A DNA stretch of 51,200 nt from Octopus bimaculoides (lineage: Eukaryota): assembly GCF_001194135.2 (NCBI RefSeq), contig NC_069003.1, forward strand, positions 12,152,454-12,203,653. Reading direction: 5' to 3'. A program made the translations under genes and the position numbers. Below are positions 13,474-26,234 of this stretch, piece by piece. Numbering within the stretch: position 1 is the first letter of the stretch; the number at the start of each line of letters is the position of its first letter. Under the pieces are notes generated by a model. That model did not search any database. It saw only the letters and a list, made by a program, of their open reading frames with translations, and was not told the DNA's origin.

Positions 13474-13861
13474 TGGGTAGTCAAATAAATTATTTTCATG
13501 TGTTTTCAATTAGCATAACTTAAATTTTTGTAATTATTTTTTTTTTACAAAGCAAAAAAAAAAAATGCAGGTTGATGGTTAATACTATCATCTTGTATTT
13601 TCAATATTTCTTTGGGAAAATTTCCCAAGAAACGGTGTTGGGCACTGACCTTCTCTGTTCTCTCTCTACAGAACAAAGTCGGCTCACAACAACCATCAAC
13701 CTGCATTATTTTTTATAACTCACATTGTTTTTGGTTAAATAAAAAACAATAGAAAACAAATAATTAAAAACATTCATATATATATATATACATATATATA
13801 CACATATATATACATATATACACATATATACATATACATATATACACATACATATATACAC

Positions 13862-13906
<45 letters not shown>

Positions 13907-16104
13907 TAAATATATAATCTCAGACAATGCGTCATGAAAATTGTGTGTGTGTGTGTGTGTGCAGTCCTATTAAGCAGGAGTCCTTAGAATGAGGATGGAG
14001 ATAGGAATGTCCAAATGAACACCTACAGTTCTTGAGATCAATTCTTGATAGAAATGTTGCAGCATTTCAAGTACAAAACATGTTGATGTTCCTATCAGCA
14101 GAATCCTTTTAGTAGTACACCTGCACAAAGAAAAAAAATTACCATTTAGCTCAGCATGTATAGACAAAGTGAAGAGGAAACAGGTCACAGCTTTTAGTGT
14201 ACAAATTTATAAGCTTCTTTTTTGTTGTAATATCACACGCAAAGTAATATTTTCCCATAGCCAGACATGTTTTTTCAGGATATTGGAAAAGAATAACACA
14301 GCTTATATGACAGTGACGTTCATTTTATAAGAATCATACAATACTGGCACTCTGTTGGTTACAATGATGAGCGTTCCAGTTGATCCGATCAATGGAACAG
14401 CCTGCTCATGAAATTAAAGTGCAAGTGGCTGAGTACTTCCCAGACACGTGTACCCTTTAGTGTTCAGGTTATTCTATCAAACGTAATGCTTATTGATTCA
14501 CATTGTTTTGAATTAATCGTTCATTATCTCATATTCTCGAGATTTTGATGATGTGAGTGTTTATTGTAGAATAACATTGTAGAGTAGGTGTGAGACCCTG
14601 GATCTGGTCAGTTTGAATATAAAACAAATGGAAGATTCTGGCCAGATGAAGCCAGCTCAAATGCTAAAGGGTTAACGTAATTCTTAGGAAGATTCAGCAT
14701 GACAGAGAATTTGACAAGGTTGGCCCTTTGAAAAATAGGTACAACTAATTTTCGCCAGGTGAGTGGACTGGAGCAACATGAAAAAAGTGTCTTGCTCAAG
14801 GACACAATGCGTCGCTGGGAATTGAACTCACAACTTTACGATCGTAAGTCGAATACCCTAACCACTGCACCAGGCACCTTCATATTACAATCACACAAAA
14901 TCAAAACAAGGACACACACACACACACACAACTGGGAGATGGGTTTTTAAGTTTCTGTCTACGAAATCCACTTGCAAGGTTTTGGTCAGCCTGAGGCCAT
15001 AGAAGACACTTACCCAAGGTACCACTGAACCTGTAACTATGATGTGGTTGGGAAGCAAACAGCCATGCCTGTATCGACATATAATTCATCTTTTACTTAT
15101 TTCAGTCATGACTGCAGCCAATGCTGGGACAGAGCCCTGAAGGGTTTTAGTCAAAGAAATCGACCTTAGGACTTATTTTGTTGTAGTACTTCTACAGGAA
15201 CATAAACACACCAACACTGGCTGTCGAGTGGTGGCAGGGGATAAAGAGACACAAAGATATACACACGCGCACACACACACATATGGTGGGCTTCTTTCAG
15301 TTTCTGTCTACCAAATCCACTCACAAGTCTTTGGTTGGCCTGAGGATATGCCATGCAGTAGGACTGAACCTGGAATCATGTGGTTGTGAAGGAAGCTTCT
15401 TACCACATGGTCATGCAGGATGGAAATGTCTTTGACTTAAATTATGGTTGAATTAAGGTGGTGATGGTGGTGGTGGTATAAGGTCAGTTCAAATTATGGT
15501 TGAGCTTAGTGAAACACTAACAACAACTGTAATACCACTATGTGGCAATGCAACCTGCTAGAAGTAGCTGTGAAGTCATGTTTAAAAAAAAGGAAGAAAA
15601 GAGCAGATAATGTTATCTGTGGTACACTGTATCTAGCAAAAACAGATGGAATGGTCATGGCTTGGAATGTCTCATGGGTTTGCTTAACCAGTGTTGAATT
15701 GGAGATTAAACAACAATAATAACAACAGTAACATCAATGCATGATTGAATAAAGCTCTTTATGATATGTTCAACATGCTAGAAATAACAGCCAAATCCCA
15801 CACTACCATCTTTAATAAAAAGGGGGAACACATTGGATAATGCATGAAAAATAGTAAATGAAAGATGGGATGGCCATGGATGAAATACTTTGTGATCATA
15901 GGTATAGGCACAAGTGTAGCTGTATGGTTAAGAAGCTTGCTCTTCAAACATGTGATTTGAGTTCAGTCCCAATGCGCGGCACCTTGGATGAGTGTCTTTT
16001 ATTACAACTCCAGGCTGAGCCAACCCTTGTGAGTGGATTTGTAGATGAAAATTGAAAGAAGCCTGTCATATATGTATGTGCGTGTGTATGAGTACGTACG
16101 CATG

Positions 16105-16141
<37 letters not shown>

Positions 16142-17042
16142 ACCCTTGTCAAGATATTACGAATTGGCTGTAAAAGAGTGTAGAACCTGGCTTGGAAAAC
16201 AGATGAGGGTTGGTGACAGGAAGGGTATCCAGCCGTAGAGAATCTGCTCCAACAAATTCTGTCTAAGACTACATTATCCAACATGTCCTATTTGTCTTCC
16301 TTTTCATATGTTTGGAAGCAAGTTGCTGTTTAGCTCCTGGTCTGTCCCAACTGAATAGATGAGGTCAAAGCTGATTAAAAAACAACAGTAAACTGTAAGA
16401 TAATTAGTCTTAATTACTAAAGAGAACAATGATAATTATTGTTAATATAGACAACATGTTGCTGATGATGGTAGTAAAGGTAGTAACTGTGTCAACTACC
16501 TCTGTCACCATCAAGTTTACTACTACTGCTACAAGGAAATTTGGCTGCTATTTCTGGCAGATGACATGATTGCATTGAGACTCCCTTTTAGTGGTGGTGG
16601 TAGCAGTAGTAGTAAGTTTGATGGTGGCAGAGGTAATTGACATGGCCGCCGCCACCACCACCACCACTAAAAAGGGTGTCTCAATGTAGTCATGTCATCT
16701 GCTGGAAATAGCAGCCAAATTTTCTTCAAATCACACCCAAGAATCTTTATAAAGGAAGGACATATCATGCATCAAAAAACCGCAATTATTATCCTATGTC
16801 TGACATTAAGAAGAGCTGATTGTAATGGGAACACCTCTGATCATAGATCTGCTTAACCAGCACAGACCTGGGGTTAAACAACAACAACAATTTGCTACCA
16901 ACATATGAAAAGAAGGAAAGATAGGACATATTGGATAATGTAGTCCTAGATATATTTTGCCTGAATAAAAAAGTTGATGATGGGATGGTCAAGGTCTGCT
17001 GGATCCTGGGGTTAAACAAACCCACAACAACAATAACAGTAA

Positions 17043-17863
17043 AGGAATTTCGGATCTTTCTGAATTGACGGGAACCACTTTTCATCTATGTTTTATGTAG
17101 TGTTTTTGGTACCGAAACACTTTCAAACTTCGTATACTTGTATATTTTGTGGTATAGAACAGATAAAAATTTTTGTATTCAAAGTTATTTCATGTAAAAA
17201 ATTGTCGTATTTCGGTAATTTCAACCAATCACTGACGTCTATTGAAGTGAAAACAATTACTGCCGTGGAATGTAAACAACATGTTCTAACGGTGTCATGG
17301 GATCTTTTCCCTTGAATAAAATTAGTGCCGTTGTTTATCAAACAACTACCCGTGTTACTCTTATTTATGACATTGTTCGTGCGTTTGTACTGGTTTTAGC
17401 TTTAGGGTTTTAGGGTTAGGGTTCGGGTTTTAGAGTTAGGGTTAGTTTTAGGATTACGGTTAGGGTTATGATTATTTTTGCCATAACCTCACTCATAACC
17501 CTAACCCTAAAACACTATAACTCATAACCCTAACCCTAACTCTAAAACCCGAATCCTAAAACCCTAAACCCTTACTAGGGAATAACAATATAATTAACAG
17601 GGAATAATGATCTTGACACCAGCAAAAATTATTGTTTACAAAAACAGCATTAACTGTATTCAGCTGAATAGACGTCAGTGATTGGTTGAAATTACAGAAA
17701 TACGACAACTTTAACATGAAATAACTTTAGAAGAAATTTTTTGTTAAGAAGGCTAAGAGAAAAAGATGTTTTATATGACACATTCTACCAGTGTTCCAAG
17801 TTTCAAAGTGTTTCGTTAAGAAAACAAGTGGTTCCCGTCAATTCAGAAAGATCCGAAATTTCT
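17043..17863. mobile_element. Foldback MITE-like element with internal head-to-head telomere-like repeats
   Basis: 37-bp TIR a(g/a)aatttcggatctttctgaattgacgggaaccact at both ends, with further inverted blocks (~17185-17280 versus ~17630-17730). The centre has degenerate (TTAGGG)n at 17395-17468 followed by (CCCTAA)n at 17483-17572. Confidence 0.8.
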
Positions 17864-18451
17864 ATGTGGTTGCTTAAACTGCTAGAAATAGCAGTCAAAT
17901 GTAAATATCATACCCTATTGTCTTAAAAACAAAGGCATATTTGGATGATGTAGTCCAAGACACATTGAATCAGAATGAATAATGACAGAATGATTTATAA
18001 GTTTGCCTGATCAGGAATGACCTAGGATTAAACAACAGCAAGGAACGCAGTCACCAATGATTACAAAGAAAATGTAAACCAGAATTTTATTAGTAACCAT
18101 GGCAACAAACAATGGGGTGGGATGGGTGGAGCTGAGAGAGAGAGAGAGAGGAGAAAGAGTGAGTGAGTGAGAGAGAGAGTGGCTGGGACCAGAGAGAAAC
18201 ACAGCATGTAAAGTTGAACTCACGACAAGAGGTGTTGTGTCATGTAACACCAAGGAGATGGCCCAGTATGTGATCATTGCTAAGACTGCCAGAAAATAGC
18301 AGCCAAAGCTCCCTCGTATCTCATACAACAAACTGAACTGCCTTCAATTGAGGACATGGCAGAGAATGAATTCCTAGGTCTTGAAAGAAGGATATCAGCT
18401 GGAGTGTGTGGAGGTAGGAACAACGAAGGAGCGGCTCGTGGACCAAGAGCC

Positions 18452-19900
18452 TTAACCCTTCTGTTACCATATTTCTGTTGAAATATACTGCCTTTGTTTC
18501 AATTAATTTTGGAAATAATGACGAATTTAGTAAAATAATTTTGTCATTATTAACCTGGTGTTTGAAACACAAATTAACATGAAATTTTGATGGAAGGATT
18601 GAATTAAGATCAGTTTGAAACAGGAAGTTTGTATCATAGAACCAAGGAGCGGTCTCTGGTGAGTCACAGAACACATAAACTAATACAATATTTAACCCTT
18701 TCACTACCATATTTATTTTGAGATGCTCTGTGTTTCTTTCAATTAATTTCAAATATAACAAAGAATTTAGTAAAATGACTTAGTTATCATTAACCCATTA
18801 CCTACCAGTGATCTCATATGAGATCACTTAAAAATTACAAATTTCGTAATTATCTGTCAATATTTACACATATCTAACCTTTTTGCTATATCTACTAGGT
18901 ATATTTCTCCGATATTCAAATAAGGTTTGCTAATTTTTCACCCAATATCTCGCTTATTTCTATTTAAAATGTTATTTTGATCATTCCAGCGTGTTTCTAA
19001 GGCTGTTTTATGCTAGAAATCAAAGTTTCATAAAAAAATTCCAGTTAATAGAATTATGGGAGGTAATAAGTTAAGCTAGTGTTTGGAACATAAATTGTGA
19101 CTAAGGTTTGTTGGAAGATTGTAAGTCAAAACTTATGAAAACAAGACATTTATACTACAGAGCTAGAGGTAGTTTCAGTTGGGTTAGTATTGAAAACAAG
19201 ACATTACAGAGCTAGAGGTGGTTTCAGGCAGGTTGGTATTGAAAGAGTTAATCCTTCTGTTATCATATTTCTACTGAAATACACTGACTTAGATTTAATT
19301 AATTTTGAAAATGATGAAGAATTTAATAGTCTTTGATCATTATTATCAAGCTGGTGTTAGGAACATAAATTAACATGAAATTTTGATGGAAGGTTTTAAT
19401 TCAGATCATTTTAAAACAGAATATTTGTATCATAGAACCATGGAAAGGCCTCTGGTGAGTCACAGAACATAGAGACTGAAGGAATCATTCAATATTTAAC
19501 CCATGACCTCCCATAATTCTATCAACTGGAATTTTTTCATGAAACTTTGATTTCTAGCATAAAACAGCCTTAAAAACACGCTGGAATGATCAAAATAACA
19601 TTTCAAAATAACATTTTAAATAGAAATAAGAGAGATATTGGGTGAAAAATTAGCAAACCTCATTTGAATATCAGAGAAATATATCTAGTAGATATAGCAA
19701 AAAGGTTGATATGTGTAAATATTGACAGATAATTATGAAATTTGTAATTCTTAAGTGATCTCATATCAGATCACTGGTAGGTAATGGGTTAACCCTTTTG
19801 TTACCCTATTTCTGTTGAAATACACTGATATTGTTTGAATTAATTTCGAAAATGATGAAGAATTTAGTAGAATAATAGTCATTATTAAGCTGGTGTTTGG
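18452..19900. mobile_element. Cluster of nested and abutting TTAA-targeted (piggyBac-type) MITEs
   Basis: Family P1 (ttaa-ccctt..ttaccatatttctgttgaaatacactg...) starts at 18456, 18696, 19252 and 19793. Family P2 (ttaa-cccat(t/g)acct...aggtaatggg-ttaa) lies at 18794-19070 and, inverted, at 19500-19788. Further P1 copies at ~30595 and ~23980. Confidence 0.8.
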
Positions 19901-20875
19901 TACATATATTAACATGTTATATAGCCCCAGGTCAGCCCTACTTGAACAGACATTATGCTCAATGATGTTCAAACCATGAGCTCTCTGTCAGTTCCCCACA
20001 TACTAGGCAAACCAGGGACAATATTATTAGAAAAGTGTCCTTCTCTAAGACAGTAGGTAGTATAGGGGTGTTAAATGAAGCAGATTGTGCTGCTGTTTCT
20101 AGCAGGTCAAACAATTGTGGAGTTGAATGGAGTGGGGGTAGGCGAGAACAAAGTCTAAATATGGTAGTGGTGGGGGTGAGGAAAGTGGACAGTGGAGAGG
20201 GGTAGAGGTGGAATTTGTAATTGGTGGTGATGGAAAGAGGAGCAGGTGGGGATTAGTAATGCAAGCTGTTGCTCATTCCCTATAATTACAGCTGGTCATC
20301 AAAGCAACCACAACCATCACCATTGTTATAGATGTCCTTGTCTTTATTGCTGTTGTTGCGTGTGCCCATCATCAGCAGCACCACCAGCAGTAACAGCATC
20401 AGAAGATAAAGGTCCTTCCTGAAGTTATAGGCTCATGGGGCTGGTTTCCCTGGTTTCTGTGCCATACAAAAGGGTGCTGAAAAGCTCCTGGCTTTTAGTA
20501 CAAGAAAATACAGGAGGATCAACTAATTACGATTTTATTCAACACATTCCCCTCTCAGATTCACACACTTGCTGCAGTAGTCCTTCAGTTTTTCTGAGCC
20601 CTGAATGTGGGGCCCCTAACCAGGTCTTTTGTGATACCCTTATGAAGCCAGGAACTTTACAGCACTCTCCACGTATATATTCCCTACTCTGGATAGGAAG
20701 TTGGTCTGTCACAGAATTACTCATTTTTGCCAGCTGAGTGGACTGGCGCAATGTGAAATGAAGTGTTTTGCTCAAGAACACAATGTGTCGCCCGGTTCAG
20801 GAATTGAAACCATGATCTAGTGATTGTGAGACAAACACCCTAACCACTAAGCCAGACCAAAGCAAAGATACTTAC

Positions 20876-20932
20876 CTGGGTAAGGTGACATCGCCGCACT
20901 CTTGAGCCACAAGAAGGACAGAGCTTATTAGA
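20876..20932 (-). other. Exon-like 57-bp segment, possible next RTEL1 exon with phase conflict
   Basis: Strong acceptor ctctctttctctttcacag| and consensus donor cag|gtaagta, 1.1 kb after the last secure exon. Frame 0 reads SNKLCPSCGSRVRRCHLTQ, but the phase-1 reading required by the upstream exon hits TAA immediately. Confidence 0.4.
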
Positions 20933-22053
20933 CTGTGAAAGAGAAAGAGAGAGTGTAAGAGAAAGTAAGAATGAAAGAAAAAGAGAGAGAGAGAGAAGGA
21001 CAGAGATAGAGAGACATACAGACAGATAGACAAAGAGAGAAACATACATCATCATTGTTTAACATCTGCTTTTCATGCTGGTATGAGTCGGAAGGTTTGA
21101 CATGGAGCTGGCCAATGGAGAGCAGTCCAGACTCCAATTGTCCGTTTTGGTAATGTTTCTATGGCTGGCTGCCTTTTCTAATGATAACTGTACAGAGTGT
21201 GCTGGGTGCGTTTTACGTGCCGCCAACATGGATGGACTTACATAACACCAGCATGAGTGTATTTTTTGTGGCACTGGCAAGACAAAAACCTCTCAGCTAG
21301 AAGAGGGAGTTGGGGCATGGCTGGCCATAAAGGACATGCTTGTATGGTATGGATGGCCACAATTTTATTTAGATTGACATGTCTTCTCAAATACAGCAAA
21401 TTGCCACAAGTCCCTATCCCTCACCATCTCCTCACTGAGGGTCAGCGTCTGAAGATGCTTTCTCATCACTTCGCCCACATCTTCCTGGGTCTACCCCTTC
21501 TGCAGGTACCCTCCACAATTAGAGACTGGCACCTCTTTGAGCAGCTGTCACCATCCATATCCATATATATATATATATATATTGGGGCAAGCGAAAGCGA
21601 AATCGGGATGGTACCTGTGCCCATCATCGCCTTTCTGGCACTTGTGCCTGTGACATGTGTAAGGATTTTCGAGCNNNNNNNNNNNNNNNNNNNNNNNNNN
21701 NNNNNNNNNNNNNNNNNNNNNNNNNNNNNNNNNNNNNNNNNNNNNNNNNNNNNNNNNNNNNNNNNNNNNNNNNNAGAGGGTTGAGGATTTTGGGGGAGGG
21801 TTGAGGATTTTTGGAGAGTGGGGACAAGGATGGGGGCTGAGGGCAATTTAGAAATTCAAGGATAAAGAGATTTGAATGTGGTGGTGGTGAAATTTGAGTA
21901 AGTGTAAAGTATGCTCAAACTGTGCTCAAAGTGTCAACAGTTTACCCAAAATGAGGTAAGAGCAGACTCAAAAGCAGGAATTATTTTAGCTGAACTGGAT
22001 TAACTAAAAAAAAAAAATCATGGAATCCACTGTAGGCAAAAAGCAGTACTCAC

Positions 22054-22154
22054 AGTTAGTTGTTATATAACTGACAATCTTCTCCAAAAGAGAGAGATAA
22101 ATGCTCTTGTTCTCCTTGGTGATGTTCACTTTCATGAATAGGTCAAAGATGTAA
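22054..22154 (-). CDS. RTEL1: RTEL1 internal exon (101 bp, phase 2 to 1)
   Basis: Acceptor ctctctctctccag| and donor |gtgagt. Translates (S)YIFDLFMKVNITKENKSIYLSLLEKIVSYITTN, aligning to [31 protein letters not shown]. Confidence 0.88.
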
Positions 22155-22504
22155 CTGGAGAGAGAGAGATAGAGAAAGAGATTGGTGAACAAAATGGTAA
22201 TAATTCTTTCCATTGTAGGCACAAAGTTTGGAAATTTTAGAGAGGGGGTTAGTTGACCTTGGTGGAATTTAAAATCAGAACATAAAGATGAAGGAAATGC
22301 TGCTAAACATTTTGTCTGTTGTGCTAACAATTCTGTAAGCTCACTGCCTTGTTATAATAATAATAATGATAATAATAATAATTAATTAATTCTGGTTTAT
22401 TGGCCACAAGGGCTAATATAAAGTCAAAAACATGAAAGGACAAGCACAGGACAATAAAACAAAGGGTTTTGCAAAAAGAAAGGTCCGTGTGCTGAGACCC
22501 CCCT

Positions 22505-22830
22505 TCGGTCATGACTGACCATGGGATTGCACCTAGAAAGTTACCCTCCTAAGCACAAGTCTGGGCAAAGTTGTTTATGGGAGACCAGCAGTCGCCCATG
22601 CATACCGGTCTCCCCTCTTCACGCCACAGATGTTATCCAAGGGAAAGGCAAAGGCCAATACAGCTTGGCCCCTGTGACGCCGCAGCTCATTTCCACAGCT
22701 GAGTGAACTGGAGCAATGTGAAATAAAGTGTCTTGCTTAAGAACACAACACACAGCCCGGTCCGGGATTCGAACTCAGAACCTCACGAACGTAAGCTTGA
22801 CGCTCTAACCACTAAGCCATGCACCTTCAT
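22505..22830 (-). mobile_element. tRNA-derived SINE, third family (copies at ~14690-14875, 20420-20850, 44680-44905)
   Basis: Minus-strand head ...gcatggcttagtggttagagcgtcaag...gagttcgaatcccggaccgggctgtgtgttgtgttc. Shared body ccagttcactcagctg. Confidence 0.75.
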
Positions 22831-22899
22831 GTGCAAACATTTGATAACAACGAAAATATAACAAGTACAAAACTCCCAATGGGGGAGGTGATTTGAAGG

Positions 22900-23276
22900 T
22901 TACTCATGGAAAGACCCATAAAAGCTACGGGTGCCTGGTCAACAGAGCGAGAGCCCTTTCTGTTTTATACCTTTTTTTTTTACAGGTGTATTCTCAGAAT
23001 TGGTCTGTTTATACTGGCCATTCTTCCGACATACACTCACCTTTCAACAAATTTGCTACAAGACAACACTTCCCTCTCTATCTCACCTTCCTTTTCAAGT
23101 GGAACTTGAAAAAGTTGATGAGGCCTTGGCCAAAGAGCAAAGTGTCCGACTTTAGCCCTTTCAAACGGGTCCACCATACCACCTCTTTCGCTATAGCCAT
23201 TAGACAAAGGAAAATTGCCTTGCCCTCCCGGTTAAAGGAGGTCGGCGGGTCAATTTTCACTATGGATTCACCTGAC
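22900..23276 (-). mobile_element. 3' fragment of an L1/Tx1-like LINE ORF2
   Basis: Reads EGKAIFLCLMAIAKEVVWWTRLKGLKSDTLLFGQGLINFFKFHLKRKVR*REVLSCSKFVER, resembling the post-zinc-knuckle C-terminus of L1/Tx1 elements. Truncated by an N-gap. Confidence 0.55.
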
Positions 23277-24472
23277 NNNNNNNNNNNNNNNNNNNNNNNN
23301 NNNNNNNNNNNNNNNNNNNNNNNNNNNNNNNNNNNNNNNCAACAAAAGGGTGGCCAAAAGCGGGTGATGGATGTCAAAACAACCCAAAATAATGGGTTAA
23401 TTAGATTAAGTTTTATATGTGAAATAGAGTTATTTTGAATTTGCTGGAGAAAGATGTCTATCTTCATGGTGGTGAGTTGGGGTGGAGGTGATAGGAAAAT
23501 GGCCTGTGGGCCAAGGGGGTGGCAGCCTGCAAAAGTTTGGGAACCACCGCTCTAACTGAAAGAGAGAGGTACTTTGTCTTTATGTTCCGAGTTCAAAATT
23601 CACTGAGGTCAACATTGCCTTTCATCCTTTCAGGGTCAATAAAATAAGTACCAGTTGCATACTGGTGTCAACAGGAGTTGGGGAGAAGCTGAGCAAAAAA
23701 ACACATATCTGTCTTATTTGTGTTGATGAGGAAAAGCTAATGCAAAATGACAAGGAGAATAATAATGATGTCTAATTTAGGCGCAGTGCCAGACCATATT
23801 TGGAGAACAGCTATAATTGCTTAAATTGATTCATGTATTAGACTGGCATTTTGGTATCTGCTGCTTTACCATTTCTGTCAATGATAAGAAAATAATGGTT
23901 TCTAATATTGGCACATGATAACAAAATTGGAGTTGATGCTGTTTTTTAATTATTTTTAGATATGCTTTTTTTTTATAGCTTAACCATTTTGATACCAGCC
24001 CACCTGAGATTGTTCTATAAAATAAAATCCTTATTTTGAAGTGATTTCACTTAAAAACATGAATCAAAATTTCATGTTAATTTATGCTCCAAACACCAAC
24101 TTAACCTTTTAGCATTCAGCTTACTCTGTCAAATGTAAAGCTTATTTATTCTATTATAGGCACAAGGCCTGGAATTTTGGGGGGAAGGGAGGCAGTTGAT
24201 TAGATTGATCCCAGTGTTCAATCGCTACTTATTTTATTGACCTCAAAAGGATGAAAGGCAAAAATCAGCATTGGCAGAATTTCAACTTGGAACATAAAGA
24301 AGGATGAAATGCCGCTAAGCATCTCGTCCAGCATGCTAACAATTCTGTCAGCTTGCTACCTTAATAATAATAATAATAATAATAACTGCATGTGAAAATT
24401 TAATATCAAATTTTGAAAAACTGAAATAATTTCCATCTTGTAGCCCAGTAATGGTAGCAGCAGAAAACATAC

Positions 24473-24548
24473 CTTCCTGGTTTGGTTGCTTGCCTTTCAG
24501 AATCTAAGAATTCACTGTCCAAGACATCCTCAAGTCCCTTAATGCAAG
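24473..24548 (-). CDS. RTEL1: RTEL1 internal exon (76 bp, phase 1 to 2)
   Basis: Acceptor ttgtaatttatttcag| and donor |gtatgt. Translates (A)CIKGLEDVLDSEFLDSERQATKPG(S), aligning to [26 protein letters not shown] with the conserved TKPG. Confidence 0.85.
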
Positions 24549-26191
24549 CTGAAATAAATTACAACAATGAAAACTTAAAAACATACCAGTAATAGACAGA
24601 ACACATGGCATCAAGGAAATTTCCTCAATCTGCTAGAATAAGCAGCTAAATCTACATCATAACACCTCTATGACCACCATCATCAATTTAACTTTCTTTT
24701 ACTTAAGTTACTGGACTGTGGCCACACTGGAGCATCCCCTTGGAAGGGTTTCATCAAATCAATCCCGGTATTCTTTCTAAAGCTAGAAATCTAGGGAGTC
24801 TTGCTAACCCAAGGGTTCCATTTCTGAGGGAGTACTCATGAAGGAAGAAAGGCACTGAGCCTGGTAGACTATAGGGTATCATCTTTAACTCTTTAGCATT
24901 GAGACCCTAATATTCTACCGGTTTTATGTGTAAACTGGCCAGATCTGGTTTCTCACACCTACCCTACAATGTCAGTCTAAATACAAACAGTCACATCATT
25001 GAAATTCCAGAGCTACAAAATGATGCATGATTAATATAAGGCAATGTGAATAAAAAAGCATTACATTTGGCTCTGCTGGATGGATAAAGTCATTGTGCAC
25101 TGGTCATGTGATGCATGTGGATGAGGAAAGTTGCATAAAGAAGTGCCAGTCATGGAGGGAACCTGTGGAAAGGATAGACCTAGGGTGGGATGAAGTGGTG
25201 AGAAAGGATCTTCACATGCTGGACCTCACTGAGGAAATGACAAGGGATTAGGAGTTGCAGTGATTTGCTGTACTTTAGAAGACGTGTCAAGTTAAGTAAA
25301 ATGGCTGTCATCCATACATACAAGCTTGTCCTTTACAGGTGCCGGTGCCATGTAAAATACACTCGTGCTGGTGCCGTGTAAACGCACCCATGCCTGTGGC
25401 ACATAAAAAGTGCCCAGCACACTCTGTAAAGTGGTTGGCATTAGGAAAGGCATCCAACTGTAGACACCATGCCAGAACAGACAATAGAATTCTGGACACC
25501 TCCCCGGCTGGCCAGCTCCTGTCAAACTGTCCAATCCATGCCAGCATGGAAAAACGGACATTAAACAATGACGATACATTTGATGGAGTAATCTGATTGC
25601 TAAAGGGTCAACGAGTTAATGATGGAGGAAGGAAGGCACTGAACCTGTTTTAGCATAGTGTATCATCTATAAGGAGTTAGTGAAGGCATTGGGTCTAAGG
25701 GGCCCATAGCCACCTCTGAAGAGATACTGATGAAGGGTAAGGGAAGAAAGGCCCAAGGTTGGGAATAGCCTGTCGTATTTTGCAAAAGGTAGGTCAGTTC
25801 AGTTGTGGAGAAATCATTACAATTATCTTTCGACAAATAATATCTTTGCACGACTGTTGTTGCTGCTGCTGATGATGATACTACTACTACTACTACTACA
25901 GCCTCTAGTATAATGCTACTATAATAGTAGCTATATTGCTGCTGCTGTTACTACTACTACTACTATTATTACCACCATCACTGCTATTGCTGCTGCTGTT
26001 ACTACTACTACTACTAATACAGTATTTGTAGCAGTAGCAGCAGCACTAGTCCACAGCAATGCACCAATATTAGGTCCACTGAGAGACTGGTTGTATTGAT
26101 TTCCAGAGGAATATTACAGTTTATGGAGTGGAATTGTCCAATATGGAGATGGAGAGGAGCAACTACTAGTGACATACAGACAGACAGACAT

Positions 26192-26234
<43 letters not shown>

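Noticed and set aside
17395-17572. Ancestral chromosome end-to-end fusion site
   Set aside because: The arrays are short, degenerate and symmetrically enclosed by TIRs, which fits a transposon better.
20004-20044. 41-bp minus-strand exon-like segment (also 52 bp at ~18080-18131 and 29 bp at ~11449-11477)
   Set aside because: Weak signals, no RTEL1 similarity, and a stop in the phase required after 22054.
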